Notes under the pieces: model-generated | Database searches by the model: none | What the model saw: only the letters and a program-made list of their open reading frames with translations | Told to the model about the DNA's origin: nothing | Shown here: positions 34,960-49,530 of the stretch, one piece after another | How the letters are laid out: each line of letters starts with the position of its first letter | Numbering within the stretch: the first letter of the stretch is position 1 | Source: Octopus sinensis | Lineage: Eukaryota | DNA: 64,000 bases | NCBI RefSeq assembly: GCF_006345805.1 | Contig: NC_042998.1 | Coordinates: forward strand, 94,798,001-94,862,000 | Direction of reading: 5' to 3' | Made by a program: the position numbers and the translations under genes

Positions 34960-35210
34960 TATTGGCTCCTGTGCAGGTGACACGTAAAAACACCATTTTA
35001 GCGTGGCTGTTGCCAGAACCATCTGACTGGCCCTCGTGCATCCACTATACTCTCAGAGTGGTTGGCGTTAGGAAGAACATCCAGCTGTTGAAACTCTACC
35101 AGATCAGATTGGAGCCTGGTGCAGCCATCTGGCTCACCAGTCCCCAGTCAAATAGTCCAACCCATGCCAGAATGGAAACCAGACATTAAATGATGATGAT
35201 GATGGTGATA
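34960..35210 (+). mobile_element. RTE-type 3' tail copy
   Basis: ttggcgttaggaagaacatccagctg..cattaaatgatgatgat. Similar tails at ~39130-39395(+), 44660-44940(-), 46670-46850(-) and 62540-62945(+). Confidence 0.8.
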
Positions 35211-35451
35211 TATATATATATATAAAGGTGGCAAGCTGGAAGAAACATTAGCATGCTAGGCAAAATGCTTAGTAATATTTCATCTGTCTTTACATTCTGA
35301 GTTCAAATTCCACCAAGGTCGATTTTTACCTTTTGGGGTCAATTAAATAAGTACCAGTTATGCACTGGTTCAATGTAATCAACTTAATTCCTTTGTCTGT
35401 GCTTGTTTGTCCCCCTCTATGTTTATTCCCCTGTGGGCAATAAAAAACAAA

Positions 35452-35497
<46 letters not shown>

Positions 35498-36304
35498 TAT
35501 ATGCACACATTATTTTTTTGTTTTATATATAGTTAGACACAAAAAGGTTCTAGCATTAATTGAAGAAACACTTTGTGCATTACTGTAGAATATCATATTT
35601 ATCTTCAAAGTAAAAGTATGGCAGTGTCTTTGAAGTTTGTTGGTCATTTCCTCAGACTGATGGAGCCAATAGATGACAAAACTCTGAGGCCATTGTCAAA
35701 CTTTTACTTTGTAAAAATAATGTGCTCATGTGTGTGTTTGTGCATGTGTGTGTGTGTGTGTGTGTGTACCCACATAGCATAAGGCTGTATTAACTTGCAT
35801 TCATAAGCAGTATACATTTATAAACAATATATGTAAATAATATTCCACAAGCAGCATTACAAATTATTTCCTGTGCATGAATATAACCAAACATAACATT
35901 GCAAAGCAGACAATTATTAATATTACTAATAGAATATTAATATCATGCATTAATCTGAGTTTAAATGCTGCTGTGGTTGATGCTGCCTCTCATCCTTTCG
36001 GAGTCAATAAGATAAGTACCAGTTAAGCACTGGGGTTGATTTAATCAACTTAACCCCTCCCCAGAAATTTCTGACCTTGTACCAAAACCTTGATATCAAT
36101 ATTGTACATTAATGATAAAAAAATTGTAACTATCATTTATAATTCATTCTGTACTCCTTGGTGTTAACTAAAATGCAAAAGAAGGACTGAAATTATCATT
36201 TAGGATTTCCTATCCCATTGACCGAGCTTGACTTGTTAGTGTAAATAAAATTTCCAGGTGTGCCTTTCATTCTATGATTATCATTATTAGACTAAGATTT
36301 CTTG

Positions 36305-36482
36305 CTATGTTACAAATAGGTGTTTACAGCAAAATATCTTGACACATTCATATCTTGCATTATTTTTATTTCTTCGAGACCTGATTTTCAGAGATTGATT
36401 GTCGGCATCTTCTTTGGTCTGTCTCTGCTCCAGGTAATCTCTATGATTATCTGACAACCAGATCAAAGATGATGATAGTTTT
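36305..36482 (-). CDS. Candidate host exon, KLSSSLIWLSDNHRDYLEQRQTKEDADNQSLKIR...
   Basis: gatatttgcttttcag acceptor and an open frame to a stop at 36305. The donor is unclear. Confidence 0.3.
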
Positions 36483-37683
36483 CTGAAAAGCAAATATCAC
36501 TGGAAAATACTAACAAGTTCAGAATATAGAAAATTGACTTCATATCATCCAAGGTGAAATTTGTAGGAGTGTGACACTCATTGCTTTTTTGAAAATTTTA
36601 TTTTAAGAGAGAGAGTTACCATGTTTGTATGTGTGTGTATGTGTATGTGTGTGTGATTGCATGTGTTTGTTCGTGTGTATGTGCATGTAAATGCATGTGT
36701 ATATATGTGTGTGTGTGTGTGTGTGTGTGCATGTGTTTATGCCATTGCATTAAGTTTCTTTGGAATGTGTTAAACTACACTGCATTATTTTTTACTATAA
36801 ATTCTATGAAGTTTTTTTTCTTTTAGTATAAAATAATGTTTCTTTAAAACTTAAAAGTAAATATTGGGAAAATTTAATAACTGTAGAAAAATGAATTAAA
36901 TGAAAAATAATAAAAATAACATTCTTTATTTTGAATGAATCTGGTCAGAGTGTGATCTTAAATCTTTAAGGAATTTCAGTTTTGTGAAGGTGTTTGTATT
37001 TCTTCCTGTAGAAGGAAATAACTATAGCACTTTACAAGAGTATATCTCAATGAAACAGAATAATTCCTTCCACAATGTTATTGTTATCTTACTCTCAGAT
37101 GACTTCTGTTTAACACCCACATCATCTACTTTTCACAACATGATCAACATTTGTCAGTGAAGGCTTCAAGTTCTTCATCATTATCGTTCTTATTTTGTGA
37201 TTAGTTTTCAATAGCAGATTGAATGAGTTGCATAAAGATATTTTCACCAAAATATCTTCTTGTTTCATAAGATAATTACAATTCGCTTTTACTGTGGCCT
37301 TTTCTGCATTGTTACATGTCAGTTAATTCTATATCCTTTCTTTTACCTTATTATAAGTTCTCATTTACTTTCCTGCTTTGTGTTTCTTAAATGCTATTCC
37401 TCAACTTGAAGCCATGTCTATCTACTGTGAGAACTATCTTAATTCAGTATTTAATTACAAAAATATGAAATTGTCATGCTTAAAGATTAGTTATTACTAT
37501 ATATGCATGTGCTTGTGTAAGTACATATGAATGTTAATGTGTGTGAATCTGTGCACAAATATCTGAGTGTGTGCATAAATGTGTACATATGTATATATGT
37601 ATGTGTGTGTGTATAACAGACGAAGACAAGTATATAAACAGCAAGCAGGTGTATTAGTTTCACACTCGGGAGAGTGAGAAAAT

Positions 37684-37719
37684 CTTTTACATTTCGAGCC
37701 TATGCTCGTCAACAGAAAG
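37684..37719 (-). ncRNA. Minimal hammerhead-like variant, family 3
   Basis: CUUU CUGUUGAC GAGC AUAG GCUC GAAAU GUA AAAG. Homologous to 34828-34863. Confidence 0.45.
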
Positions 37720-39762
37720 GAATAAGAGTAAATAAACAGAGAGAGAGAATAAAAAACTTTTGGATTTAGCAATTAGGCATGGTGGCTTGTATACATACAT
37801 ACATACATACAAAAATACATACAATATACATACACATACTTACATACATACATACATACATGCATGCATGCATGCATGCATGCATACATACATACATACA
37901 TCCATACATACATACATACATACATATATATATATATGTTAACACAAACACATATATGCACATGCATATATATTAACACAAATGCATATAAACACATGCA
38001 CACACATATATCATCTTATGTTCACTTTTCAATGCTTGCAGAGTCATGACACTTAATTGCATTCCTTTGTGAGGTTTAGCAACCTGAGAACAACTTTCAT
38101 CACAGTCTACCCACGTCATCCTTTACCTGCATCTCTCATGGTTTTCTTCTACTTGGATTTCCTGGCACTTTTGTACCTAATTGTCATTATCTGTATGCAT
38201 TAGATATTTGTAGTCTGTATCAATACTGTCTCCATCCTTGCATATAGAAACTGTTTCTTTTTAGAAGTAAATTTTTTCCAGCCTTATGTGAGCCTCATCT
38301 TTCATGCATAGGCTGTGTGTTAAGTAGCTTGCTTACCAACCACATGGTTCTGGGTTCAGTCCCACTGCATGGTACCTTGGACAAGTGTTTTCTACTACAG
38401 CTTTGGGTCGACCAAAGCCTTGTGAGTGGATTTGGTAGACGGAAACTGAAAGAAGCCCATCGTATATGTGTGTGTGTGTGTGTGTGTGTGTTGTGTTTCT
38501 GTGTTTGTACCCCCATGATTGCTTGACAGCAGATGTTGATGTGTTTACATCCCTGTAACTTAGCAGTTCGGCAAAAGAGACCGATAGAATAAGTACTAGG
38601 TTACAAAGACTAGGTCCTGGGGTCGATTTGTTTAACTAAAGGTGGTGCTCCAGCATGGCAGCAGTCAAATGACTGAAACAAATAAAAGAATAAAAGAATC
38701 CTATGGGGTATCAGGAAATTCTATACTCAATTAGCTTTGGTAGGTCAAGCAACCTTCTAACCATACAGTCCAGTCTCACCTATATATATATATATATAAT
38801 ATGTGTGTTTTTGGTAGGGGTGAGGGATTAACAAGGCTACCATTGGTTTCATGCCAGGTGAAATCTCAGCAATTATCAAGCCTGCCATGTGAGATGTTGA
38901 TGCCTTGTTAATCCACAAATAAAGAATATTTATCAACCAATCTGGTGCTGAACACTCATTCTCATTGTTCAATATTAGCATGTATATATACATACATACA
39001 CACATATATATAGACAGATAAACACATTTAATGTTAATGAGGACATTACATGGGATACGAAATATATAATAAAGAATTAAGTATACAAGAAATATGGGTG
39101 TTATGTAAATGTCTTCTCTGAGCACTACTCCAACTTGTGTGGTGGCACATAAAAAACACCAACTAATCATGGCCGTTGCCAGCTCCTTTGGTCCCTGTGC
39201 TGGTGGCACATAAAAAGCACCCGATACACTCAAAGAGTAGTTGGCATTAGGAAGGGCACCCAGCTGTAGAAACACTGTCAAATCAGATTGGAGCCTGGTG
39301 CAGCCACCTGGCTTCCCAGACTCCAACCAAACCGTTCAACTCATGCTAGCATGGAAATGGACGCTAATCAATGATGATGATGATGATGATGATATTTAAC
39401 TGCATGTAAATATGTTACTGCTCTACTTTAGAGTGTGCTTCTTTTTCAGATATATGATCCACTGACGATATATATATATACATAATATATATATATATAT
39501 TATATATATATAATAATATATATAATATATATATCGCCAAATAGAAAATGGAGGAGAACAATAGGTGGTTCATCAAATTTTGGACATTAAAATGTTAACT
39601 TATTTATTTATAAACTGATAATTATAATAACATACACACATATAGCATAATATTCTTTAATATAAGATATAAAATATAGTAATATATAAGGATACCAGTA
39701 ATTATTATAAAAAACATGAATAGAAATTGGTATTAAAAATATAATTGGTATGATGATGTTGA

Positions 39763-39808
<46 letters not shown>

Positions 39809-40799
39809 ATAATTATCTGAGGGAATATAAATCCAAACTTACAGGGAAAAAAATTCAATTTAGAAATACTAAATCAAATTTCACACAATATGATATATAT
39901 ATATAAAAAAATTTTTTAAAAACACCTTTTATCAATTCAAAATGAACAATTAAATTACACCATTTAGAAAATTACATATAATAGAAATATTAAAATTAAA
40001 ATAACAATAAAATATCAATGATTAAGTAAATTGCACAAAAAAATTATAAAACGTATATAATTGGTATATATAAGGAGAGAGAGGGGGGGAAGAGGTGGTA
40101 GTAGGACACATTGTTGCCAGAGATGATTTGTTATTGGTTAGTTCATTGCCAGGTTCATTTATCATTTGTCAATTAATTGTTACCAGCTAAATCTGAACAT
40201 CACCAAGTTATTTCATTATGTTATTCTGGTTTTAGCTTCCAGCTTTAGCCTTGTTTTTATTTCAGTTCACATTGTATTCTCATAAAAAGTTATTGTCTCT
40301 TCAGTGAGAGGGTGTAATAGATGTCAAATCGTTGCTGCACTTGGCTCTCAGAATGTTTTGAGCTGGTTTTGTCTGATACATAAAGATGAGGGATCTGAGG
40401 ACAAAGAAGAGACAACAACAAAGGAATAAGTCATACACACACAAACACACACATAAATCTATCTGTGTGTTGTGTACACATGTACACACAATATACTCAA
40501 GACTATTCTTTTCTACTCTAGACACAAAGCCTGAAATTTTGGGGGAAGAGCCAGTAGATTAGATTGACCCCAGTACGCAACTGGTACTTAATTTATCAAT
40601 CCTGAAAGGATGAAAGGCAAAGTCGACATCAACAGAATTTGAACTCAGAACATAAAGACAGATGAAATACTGCTAAGCATTTCTCCCAGTGTGCTAACAA
40701 CTCTGCCAGCTTGCGGCCTGACACTCAAGACTATTAATAAATCTAATGAATTACTGTTGTCATAACTTTCCGCCAGCAATCTTCAACAAGAAGAGATAG

Positions 40800-41150
40800 T
40801 GGTAATATCACTCTGACCCAATTCCTGCTCTCCAGGAATACAAAAATAATCATCATTCTCGAACTCACAGTGCCTTGGGAGGACAGACTTGACATTCCCC
40901 ATCAGGTAAAGAAATTGAAATATCAAAACTTTGTCAACAAGGCCCTTGTCAACAGATGGCATGTGTCTTTATTCCCTATTGGAGTCAGCTGCTATGAGTT
41001 TCCATCTAGATTAGTGCACTATTTCTTGTAGAAGATAGGTATAGAATCTAGACAATTGAAGAGAGCCATGAAAGAAATAGACAGTAAATGAAACTAGCTC
41101 AAGATGGTTATGGTTGAAAAGAGATCTCAAGTGGAACCCTTCTGCATGTG
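40800..41150 (+). pseudogene. C-terminal RLE fragment of a HERO-like LINE
   Basis: LLSRNTKIIIILELTVPWEDR..KKLKYQ..FPIGV..SRWLWLKRDLKW, with stops. Confidence 0.75.
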
Positions 41151-41704
41151 AAGACCAGCTCAGTCCTTACTGCCCCATACAGGCTAAGGGATGAAAGCTT
41201 ATGACCCTTAGATACCTGCTGACTATATGGAAAGGTTTCCAGCATTGCAATGGATTTAGAAGAGCTTGCAAAACCTCCGAGTAGCTCCAGCATGTTCAGC
41301 ATGAGGAAAAGCTTCTCTGATGTTTATTTCACTGCACACATGACAAACTCTTCTGTTTGCTGTTGACTAAGAATACCATTTAGAACCAAGGAAAAGTGGA
41401 ACAGCAACAACAAAAAGGAAAGTCTGGTAATTATTGCCACAGACATTTTAAAAGTAGAGACTAAGAGAACATTGAGCAATGACTGACCGACCATGCGCTG
41501 TAGGTTTATGTAAATGAGGCAACTATAAGACTTAATAATAGGGTAGCGAGCTGACAGAATTGTTAGAACACCAGGTGAAATGCTTAGCGGTATTTCATCT
41601 GGCATTACATTCTGAGTTCAAATTCCGCTGGGGTCAATTAAATAAGTAGCAGTTACACACTGGGGTCAATGTAATCGACTTCTAGATAGAGGTAGAATAT
41701 GTAT

Positions 41705-41723
41705 GCATGCATGTATATATATG

Positions 41724-41758
<35 letters not shown>

Positions 41759-41891
41759 TTGTGAGTGATATATATATATATGTATAATAATATATATATA
41801 TATATATATATATGTGTATATATATATATATATGTATATATATATTATGTATATATATATATGTATATATATATATGTATATATATATATG

Positions 41892-41962
<71 letters not shown>

Positions 41963-41968
41963 TATTAT

Positions 41969-41998
<30 letters not shown>
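41705..41998. repeat. Long (TA)n/(TG)n compound microsatellite
   Basis: Visible run. Confidence 0.95.
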
Positions 41999-41999
<1 letters not shown>

Positions 42000-42209
42000 T
42001 CTTTTCACTCTAGGCACAGACCCTAAATTTTGTGGGAGTGGGCCAATCAATTATATTGCCTCCGGTGTACAACTGGTACTTAATTTATCGATCCTGAAAG
42101 GATGAAAGGCAAAGTTGATCTTGGTGGAATTTGAACTAGGATGTAAAGACATGAAATATTGCTAAGCATTCCACCCCCACCCCCGCATGCTAACATTTCT
42201 GCCTGCTCA

Positions 42210-42275
<66 letters not shown>

Positions 42276-42293
42276 TATATATATCTCTATATA

Positions 42294-42344
<51 letters not shown>

Positions 42345-42385
42345 TGTATGTATGTATGTATCTTTGTATGTACACGCACATACAT

Positions 42386-42430
<45 letters not shown>

Positions 42431-42867
42431 AGCAACAAAGGGAACATTGCACAATGACAGGCCAACTACATGTTATAGGTTTATGTGAATGAAGCAACAT
42501 ATTAGTATTGATAATACAGATGTTAATAATGGTGGAGCAGTGCTGTGTTAGATGAAATACAAAGTGAGAAGAGAGAATCAAAGAAATGGAAGAAAAGAGA
42601 CTTAGTAAGAATTAGGTACAAGATATTTAGTTACAATGTAAAAGGAAGAAAATATACTTAGGTGTAGGGGTGGCTGTGTAGTGAAAGGGTTGCTTTCCAA
42701 CTGCATGGTTCTAGGTTCAGTTTTACTGCATGGCACCTTGGACAAGTTTCTTCTGTTATAGCCCTAGGCTGACCAAAGCCTTGTGAGTTGGTTTGGTAGA
42801 TAAGAAACTAAAAGAAACATATCATGAGTGTATGTGTGTGTGTATATATGTGTGTTTGTGTGTGTGT

Positions 42868-42934
<67 letters not shown>

Positions 42935-43236
42935 GGTGATGCTCCAGCATGGCCGCAGTCAAATGACTGAAACATATAAAAAGAATAAAAGAATATATAT
43001 ATATTTATATATATATATATATATATCGAAAGTTCTACACATGTAACGGCTACAACCAGCCATTTCTGTGATGTCAAAGAAAATCAAAGGAAATTTATAC
43101 TGAATAAAATATATTATACATGCAAGCATTATACAAACTTGAAACACAAAACAATAAACATTTTCAAAGATATGAACGAAATATTAATTTTGAAATGTTA
43201 CAAAAATATATACACCCTAAAGGATTATTTGCTATA

Positions 43237-44469
43237 TTCAATATTTGGTGTGAATGCCCTTGCTTTCAATGACTGCATTAAGTCTTCTGGGCAGAGTCAA
43301 CTAAATTTCCGCTTATTACCGATGAAATCATCCTGAATGATGTCTTTCAACTGTGTTGTATTGCAGTTTTTTTTTTCTACTCAACCTTTCTTTCTAAAAC
43401 ACCCCACAGATATTCTTTCTATTGGGTTTAAATTAGGTGACATGGTAGGCTAAAGCAATACCTTTACCTTTTTATCTGATAAAAATTTAGTTGTCATCTT
43501 TGAAGTGTGTTTAAGGTCACTATCATGTTGGAACATGGAATGTCTTCCCAGTTCCTTGATGCTTTTCAACATTGCCTTCTGCAATAGGTCACAATAAAGC
43601 CTTGAATCCAGTGTTCTCTCAATAAATGTGATTCCTCCCACACCAGCTGCACTCATGCATCCCCAAAGCATACCACTTCCACTGCTATGTTTCATGGTAG
43701 GCACGGTGCATTTGCCACTATTATCTTCACCTGGTCATTGCCATACTCATTTGATACCATCTGACCCAAACAAATTGATTTTATTCTCATCTGAGACCCC
43801 CTTCGGTCATGACACAGACCATGGGATTGCACCTAGAAAGTTTCCTTCCCAGGCACAAGTCCGGGCAAGGTTGTTTATGGATGACCAGCAGTCGCCCATG
43901 CATACCGGCCTCCCCTCTCCACGCCACCAGTATTATCCAAGGGAAAGGCAAAGGCTGATACAGCTTGGCACCTGTGATGTCGCAACTCATTTCTACAGCT
44001 GAGTGAACTGGAGCAACATGAAATAAAGTGTCTTGCTCAAGAACACAACACGTAGCCCGGTCCGGGATTCGAGCTCACAACCTCACGATCGTAAGCTCAA
44101 CGTTCTAACCACTGAGCCATGTGCCTTCTCATCAGAAAAAAGAATTTTATTCCAAAACTCCTTCCCCTTACTCACTTAGGTTTCAGCAAAAGAAAGGGGA
44201 CTTGATTTATGCCTGGTAATGAGGAGAGACTTCCTATGAGGAATGTGTCCATGAAGACCACACTGGTACAAACTTTGGTGAACTGTTTGGGCAGATACAT
44301 GCTTTCCACTAACAGATGACAATTCTTGGGCCAAAGATGAAGTGGTATGATGCCTGTCGTCCATCATGCAATGTTGGGTGTGGTGAATATCATGCACAGT
44401 TAAAATAGGACAACCTGGACGATGGCAAAATGTGCTTCCCAAGACACAACATAAATAAAATGTTTTCAA
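43237..44469 (-). mobile_element. Degenerate Tc1-like transposase interrupted by a SINE
   Basis: VSAQTVHQSL..GLHG (HTH), F-SDENKINLFGSDG, LWGCMSAAGVG, FQHDSDLKHTS and AVIESKGIHTKY*. TIRs not resolved. Confidence 0.85.
43792..44126 (-). mobile_element. tRNA-derived SINE with 7-bp TSD
   Basis: TCTCATC at 43785-43791 and 44127-44133 flanks a SINE related to 24556-24875. Confidence 0.85.
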
Positions 44470-45739
44470 ATAGAAAATTTTAAAGTTACAAATATGTCTT
44501 TATACTTGGAAAATAGCTTTGAATGATGCAGACACAAGTATAGTTGTATGACTAAGAAGCTTGCTGCACAATCAAGTGTCTTCAGGATCAGTCCCATAGC
44601 ATGGCACCTTGGGAATACCTTGTGAGTGAATTTGGTAAGTGGAAGCTGTGTGGAAGCTCACTGTATCATCATCATCATTTAATGTCCATTGTCCATGCTG
44701 GCATAGGTTGGATGGTATGACCAGAGCTGGCAAGCTGGGGAGCTGCACCAGACTCCAGTCTGATTTGGCATGGTTTCTACAGCTGGATGCCCTTGCTAGT
44801 GCCAACAAGTTTACAGAGTGTCCTGAGTGCATTTACATGGTACCACATGAGTGCTTTTACATGGTACCACATAGATGCTTTTAAATGGCACTGCACAGGT
44901 GCTTTTATGTGGAACTGCATGGGTGCTTTAATGTGGCACTACCTATATTTTAATTCATTAATATCAACTCACTATCCATGAAATTTGAATAATTCACTCT
45001 TCTAAATTACCTCTCTTCATATTATAAAATATCACCTTCTACTAAACTTATGAATGTCTTCCTTCTTTGATTTTCCCTCTTCCATCTTTCTTAGTATATA
45101 TTTTGACCCCTAATATATTCACTTGATTAATAAGGCTTTTTCCCCCAGTTAATAAGTACTATGCCTACTCATAATAAGTGATAGTCTTTTTCTTCCAAAT
45201 TGAATAAATTTTAGATTTATATTTTTTCCTTTATTCTAATGTGTCAGAGTACTTGGAACTTATAGACCAAGTGTTGTGATGATGTGCATAAGGTTTGTAA
45301 GGTCTCTGTAAATGTTACTGTGACCACTTGACATTGACCTAGTTCTCCTAATGCGGAATCTGTTCATCAAATAGTAGTAACTGGCATTTAGTTGTGACAA
45401 TGCTGTTTTCTATATAAATTCCGTATATGGAGCTCTGACATCCCCTTTACCCCATTTCTATAATTAGAAAATCTTTATTGTCTCCTTTCATTTGTTCTTC
45501 CCTCTCAGAACCTTACAGTGGTCTGGAACAACTGAATGTCAGTCAGTCAGTTGATGGACTCCACTCCCTCAAATGTTCTTAAAATTTAAATCCACATCTT
45601 TGTCTATATATCTACCTTCCCTATAATGTTGCCACTTGATATAAATCCTTAAATCCTTAAAAATGTTTTAGCCCGAAGGCCGCGGCCATGCTGGGGCACC
45701 ACCGCTGAAAATTTTTGTATTAAAGGAAAACCTCTATAA

Positions 45740-45825
45740 TTGGCTGATGAGTGCTCAGCATTTTAAAACTGTTGTAATACTTACAACATTTAATAAAATG
45801 ATGTAGTACGAAACGATCGTACCAA
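45740..45825 (+). ncRNA. Type I hammerhead ribozyme, intact core
   Basis: ttgg ctgatga gtgct[long stem with tgttgtaa-tac-ttacaaca hairpin]agtac gaaa c gatc gta ccaa. Stem III is the palindrome ACGATCGT and cleavage is predicted after 45821. Confidence 0.85.
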
Positions 45826-45955
45826 ATTACCGGAGTCGTTCTTGTTGCTTATTTTGATTATAATCACCCCACGGATTTTTATGGATAACACCATACAGAA
45901 TTCTGGTGCATCTAAATTAAGTACCATATTCATTGGAATCTAAATTTTTGCTGAA

Positions 45956-45999
<44 letters not shown>

Positions 46000-46129
46000 G
46001 GTTTGGAGATGATGTACAGGTATTTTATATTAGAAGAAATGAGGTACTCAGATATTCGGATGGTTTTATATTTACAGATATTGTATATTGTATATTACAT
46101 GTTTTTATACATCATATAACTTATATATA

Positions 46130-46161
<32 letters not shown>

Positions 46162-46519
46162 GCATGTGTATCTTTGTATTAGTAACCCATCACCCACCCA
46201 CTACTTGACAACCAATATTGGCTTGTTTACATCTCTGTAACCCTGTATCCTTGAAACTTAGTAAAAGAGATCAATAGAATAAGTAAGAGTCTTTTAAAAA
46301 AATAAGTACTGAGGGCGGATTTGTTTGAATAAAACCATTCAAGGTGTTGACTCAGCATGGGTGCTATCCAATGATTGAAACAAGTAAGACATAAAAGATA
46401 ATGTAAACAAATATGTTTTTAAATGAACATGAATGACCGTTCTAATTGCGGCCAAATAGAGGATGTGGTCAAGCTGAAGAACTGAATAGAAAAAGTTTCA
46501 GACGAAACTCTCAGGTAAA

Positions 46520-46581
46520 ATTTGTAATCGTCGTCGTCATTGTCCTCCTCCTCCTCCTCCTCATCATCATCATCATCACCG

Positions 46582-46620
<39 letters not shown>

Positions 46621-46672
46621 CCGTCATCATCATCATCGTCATCATCATCATCATCATCACCGTCATCATCAT
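46520..46672. repeat. (ATC)n/(CCT)n microsatellite
   Basis: Visible run forming the tail of an RTE-type 3' end. It explains the poly-D/S/I ORFs. Confidence 0.9.
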
Positions 46673-48002
46673 TTAACGTCTGTTTTCCATGCTGGCATGG
46701 GTTGGACAGTTCGACAGGAACTGACAAGCTGGAGAGCTGCACCAGGTTCCAATTCTCTGTTTTGACAAGGTTTCTATGGCTGGATGCCCTCCTTAATGCC
46801 AACCACTCTACAGAAATGTACTGGGTGCTTTTTATATGGCGCCAGCACATATTTGAAGAAAAATATTGCCTGGATGTTTGTAGTCTTCACATAACAGTGT
46901 TGATTTACTATCTATGTTGGCAATATGTTGGTGTATTTCTGTACATGCATGCACATACAAGAATGGATAATACTCCATTTGTATTCATGCGGTAGATTCA
47001 GTTATTTTTATTAATTGAATTACCTGCTTGCTCAATTAGCATGCAAGTGGCTGAGCACTCCTCAGACATGTGCATCCTTAGTTTAATTCTTAGATACAGT
47101 CAGCATGACACACTCTGTCTAACAAGGCTGTCCCTTTAAATAACAGGCAAAAATCCATCTGATGGGATTCTATACAGTTTCCATATATCCAGTTTAACTC
47201 ACAATGTATGGGTTAAACTGAGGCTATATTTGTCCAAAATGATACGCTTGGATTGAACCCAAGACCTTATCATCGTGAAGTGAATAACTTAATCATTTGA
47301 TCATACTGTGCTTATACATACATATAAACATATATGCATACATTCCAAAGATGGAGTTTTGTATCTTTATTAGAAACATGCTCCTTTTTCAGTGGAAGAA
47401 TTTAAATGATTAGCAACATAAGAGAAACTTGCATATATGCATGCAAGTATGCATACATACATACTCTTTCCCTGAAGGGAAAGGGTGTCACTAGAGTGCA
47501 AGAAGGTAGCCAAATTAGGCTATCCCCCCACTACGCCTCAGTGACAATCTTTCACCCTTTTAATGTGGGTGGTCCCAAGGATCACTTGTCCATAGCAGTG
47601 CACCTAAACGAACATCTCCTGTCAATCAAGTGTTTTGTTTCAAGTCTCTCCTCAGCCGAGTCTAAGGTGCACACTTTGACATAGGCTCTAGCAGGTGCCA
47701 GTTTTTACTATGGTCAGTGCCATCATGCCTTGAGAGACAAACCATTACCTACTAACAGGATCCCCACCCCTGCTGACATATGAGTGCTGGGAAGCACAAT
47801 TGCTGCTACAACCTAAAGCATACATAAATACATGCATACATACATACATACATACGTACATGCATATATACATACATACATACATACATACAAACAAAAA
47901 TACCCTGTTGTTGATACTGAAATTCCAATGAAGGAACCTTGATTCTAGGTTAGAAACTGGCTTTTTCTCTATTGGCAAGATATCCTCAAATAAAACTGAA
48001 CG

Positions 48003-48059
<57 letters not shown>

Positions 48060-48241
48060 TCACTCACTCACTCACTCACTCACTCTCTCACTCTCTCACT
48101 CTCTCACTCACTCACTCACTCACTCACTCACTCACTTACTCACTCACTCACTCACTCACTGAGTGACTGACTGACTGACTGACTGACATACATACATACA
48201 TACATACATACATACATACATACATACATACATACATACAT

Positions 48242-49348
48242 CAGTGCAGACGGCCTTCAAATGTTGTATGGTATCACTCAGGCACACCTGCTAAACAACA
48301 GCAGCAAAAATAAATATATAAATGCAGTGCTGAAAAGTGAAGTGAGCAACGTTGTACTAATTGGCAGTGGCCTCCTCAAGAAGCACTTGCTTCCTGATGA
48401 TTTCCTATTCAGCCCCAAAACAGCTGGGCTCTCTTACCTCAGAGAAGACCTGGATGGAAAGCACTGAGCATACAAAAAAAAAAAGACTATGCATGGGTAT
48501 GTTGCCAGGAAGCTTGAAGAAGACAGTAGAATTGACATAAAGTGCAGTCTCTCTTGGACACAAGACCACTACATCACATCGCACTTTGAGAGCTATGCGT
48601 TTGCAATCCAAGAACAGGAAATTGCCACAAAGTCCCAGGTGAACAAGAGAGACAGTGACGCTCTTGTAATCCCAAAATGCAGCTGTATGAGTAGGCTATG
48701 TCATGTTTCTGTGGAAGGCATCAAGCATGTAATTAGCAGCTGTCCTAAAATGTCATCACAGTACTACCTCCCTATGCAGCACGATGTTATGGAATACATT
48801 CATAAACACCAACTCAAGGAATAATACTGGTGGAATATTCCTATCAAAACTTCTGTCAAATGTAAATATAACAGGCTGGATATTGTTATTTGGGACAGAG
48901 GAACAAAGGTGAGTACCATCATAGAGGTCAGCTGCCCTACAGATATAAATATCTCTTTGAAAAGAGGGTATCTATGGACAACTGCTTCAAAACCTTCAGC
49001 TTCTATATCCAGACAATGAATTCATATTCATACCAATAATAATTGGAGCACTAGGTTTTGTTAGTAAATGCTTAAAGGAGAACCTGGATAAATTGGGATT
49101 TTCAGAAAGACAAATCAACTGGCTAATTTGTACATTACAAGTGCAATCTGTGAGTGAAGCAGTAAAAATATGCAAAACTTTTTTCAAGTTCAAAATGTGA
49201 ATTTGTCTGTGTTAACTACATCCCAAAGATGGAGTCTTGTAACTTTGTTGGAAACTGGCTCCTGCCTCAGTGGAAGAGTTATAATAATTTAAAAAATAGA
49301 GGAGACATACATACATTGGTAAGAAATCTTGAAATAAAACTGAATAAT
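48242..49348 (+). mobile_element. 5'-truncated R4/Dong-like LINE (CCHC knuckle plus RLE)
   Basis: SRLCHVSVEGIKHVISSCPKMSSQYYLPMQHD, KYNRLDIVIWD..IIEVSCP and FIPIIIGALG..KICKTF. The 3' end is aaataaaactgaataat. Degenerate. Confidence 0.75.
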
Positions 49349-49365
49349 GACTGACTCACTCACTC

Positions 49366-49530
49366 ACTGACATACATACATACATACATACATACATACA
49401 TACATACATACATACATACATACATACATACATACATACATACATACATACATACATACATACATACATACATACATACATACATACATACATACATACA
49501 TACATACATACATACATACATACATACATA
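49366..49530. repeat. (ACAT)n microsatellite
   Basis: About 40 perfect units. Confidence 0.95.

Noticed and set aside
41682-42105. YI/IY/VC/HT-repeat ORFs here and elsewhere
   Set aside because: These are translations of (TA)n, (TG)n, (ACAT)n and (GATA)n microsatellites.
46470-46525. CTGAAGA..CGAAAC..GTA motif
   Set aside because: There is no closing pair for stem II and no stem I complementarity.
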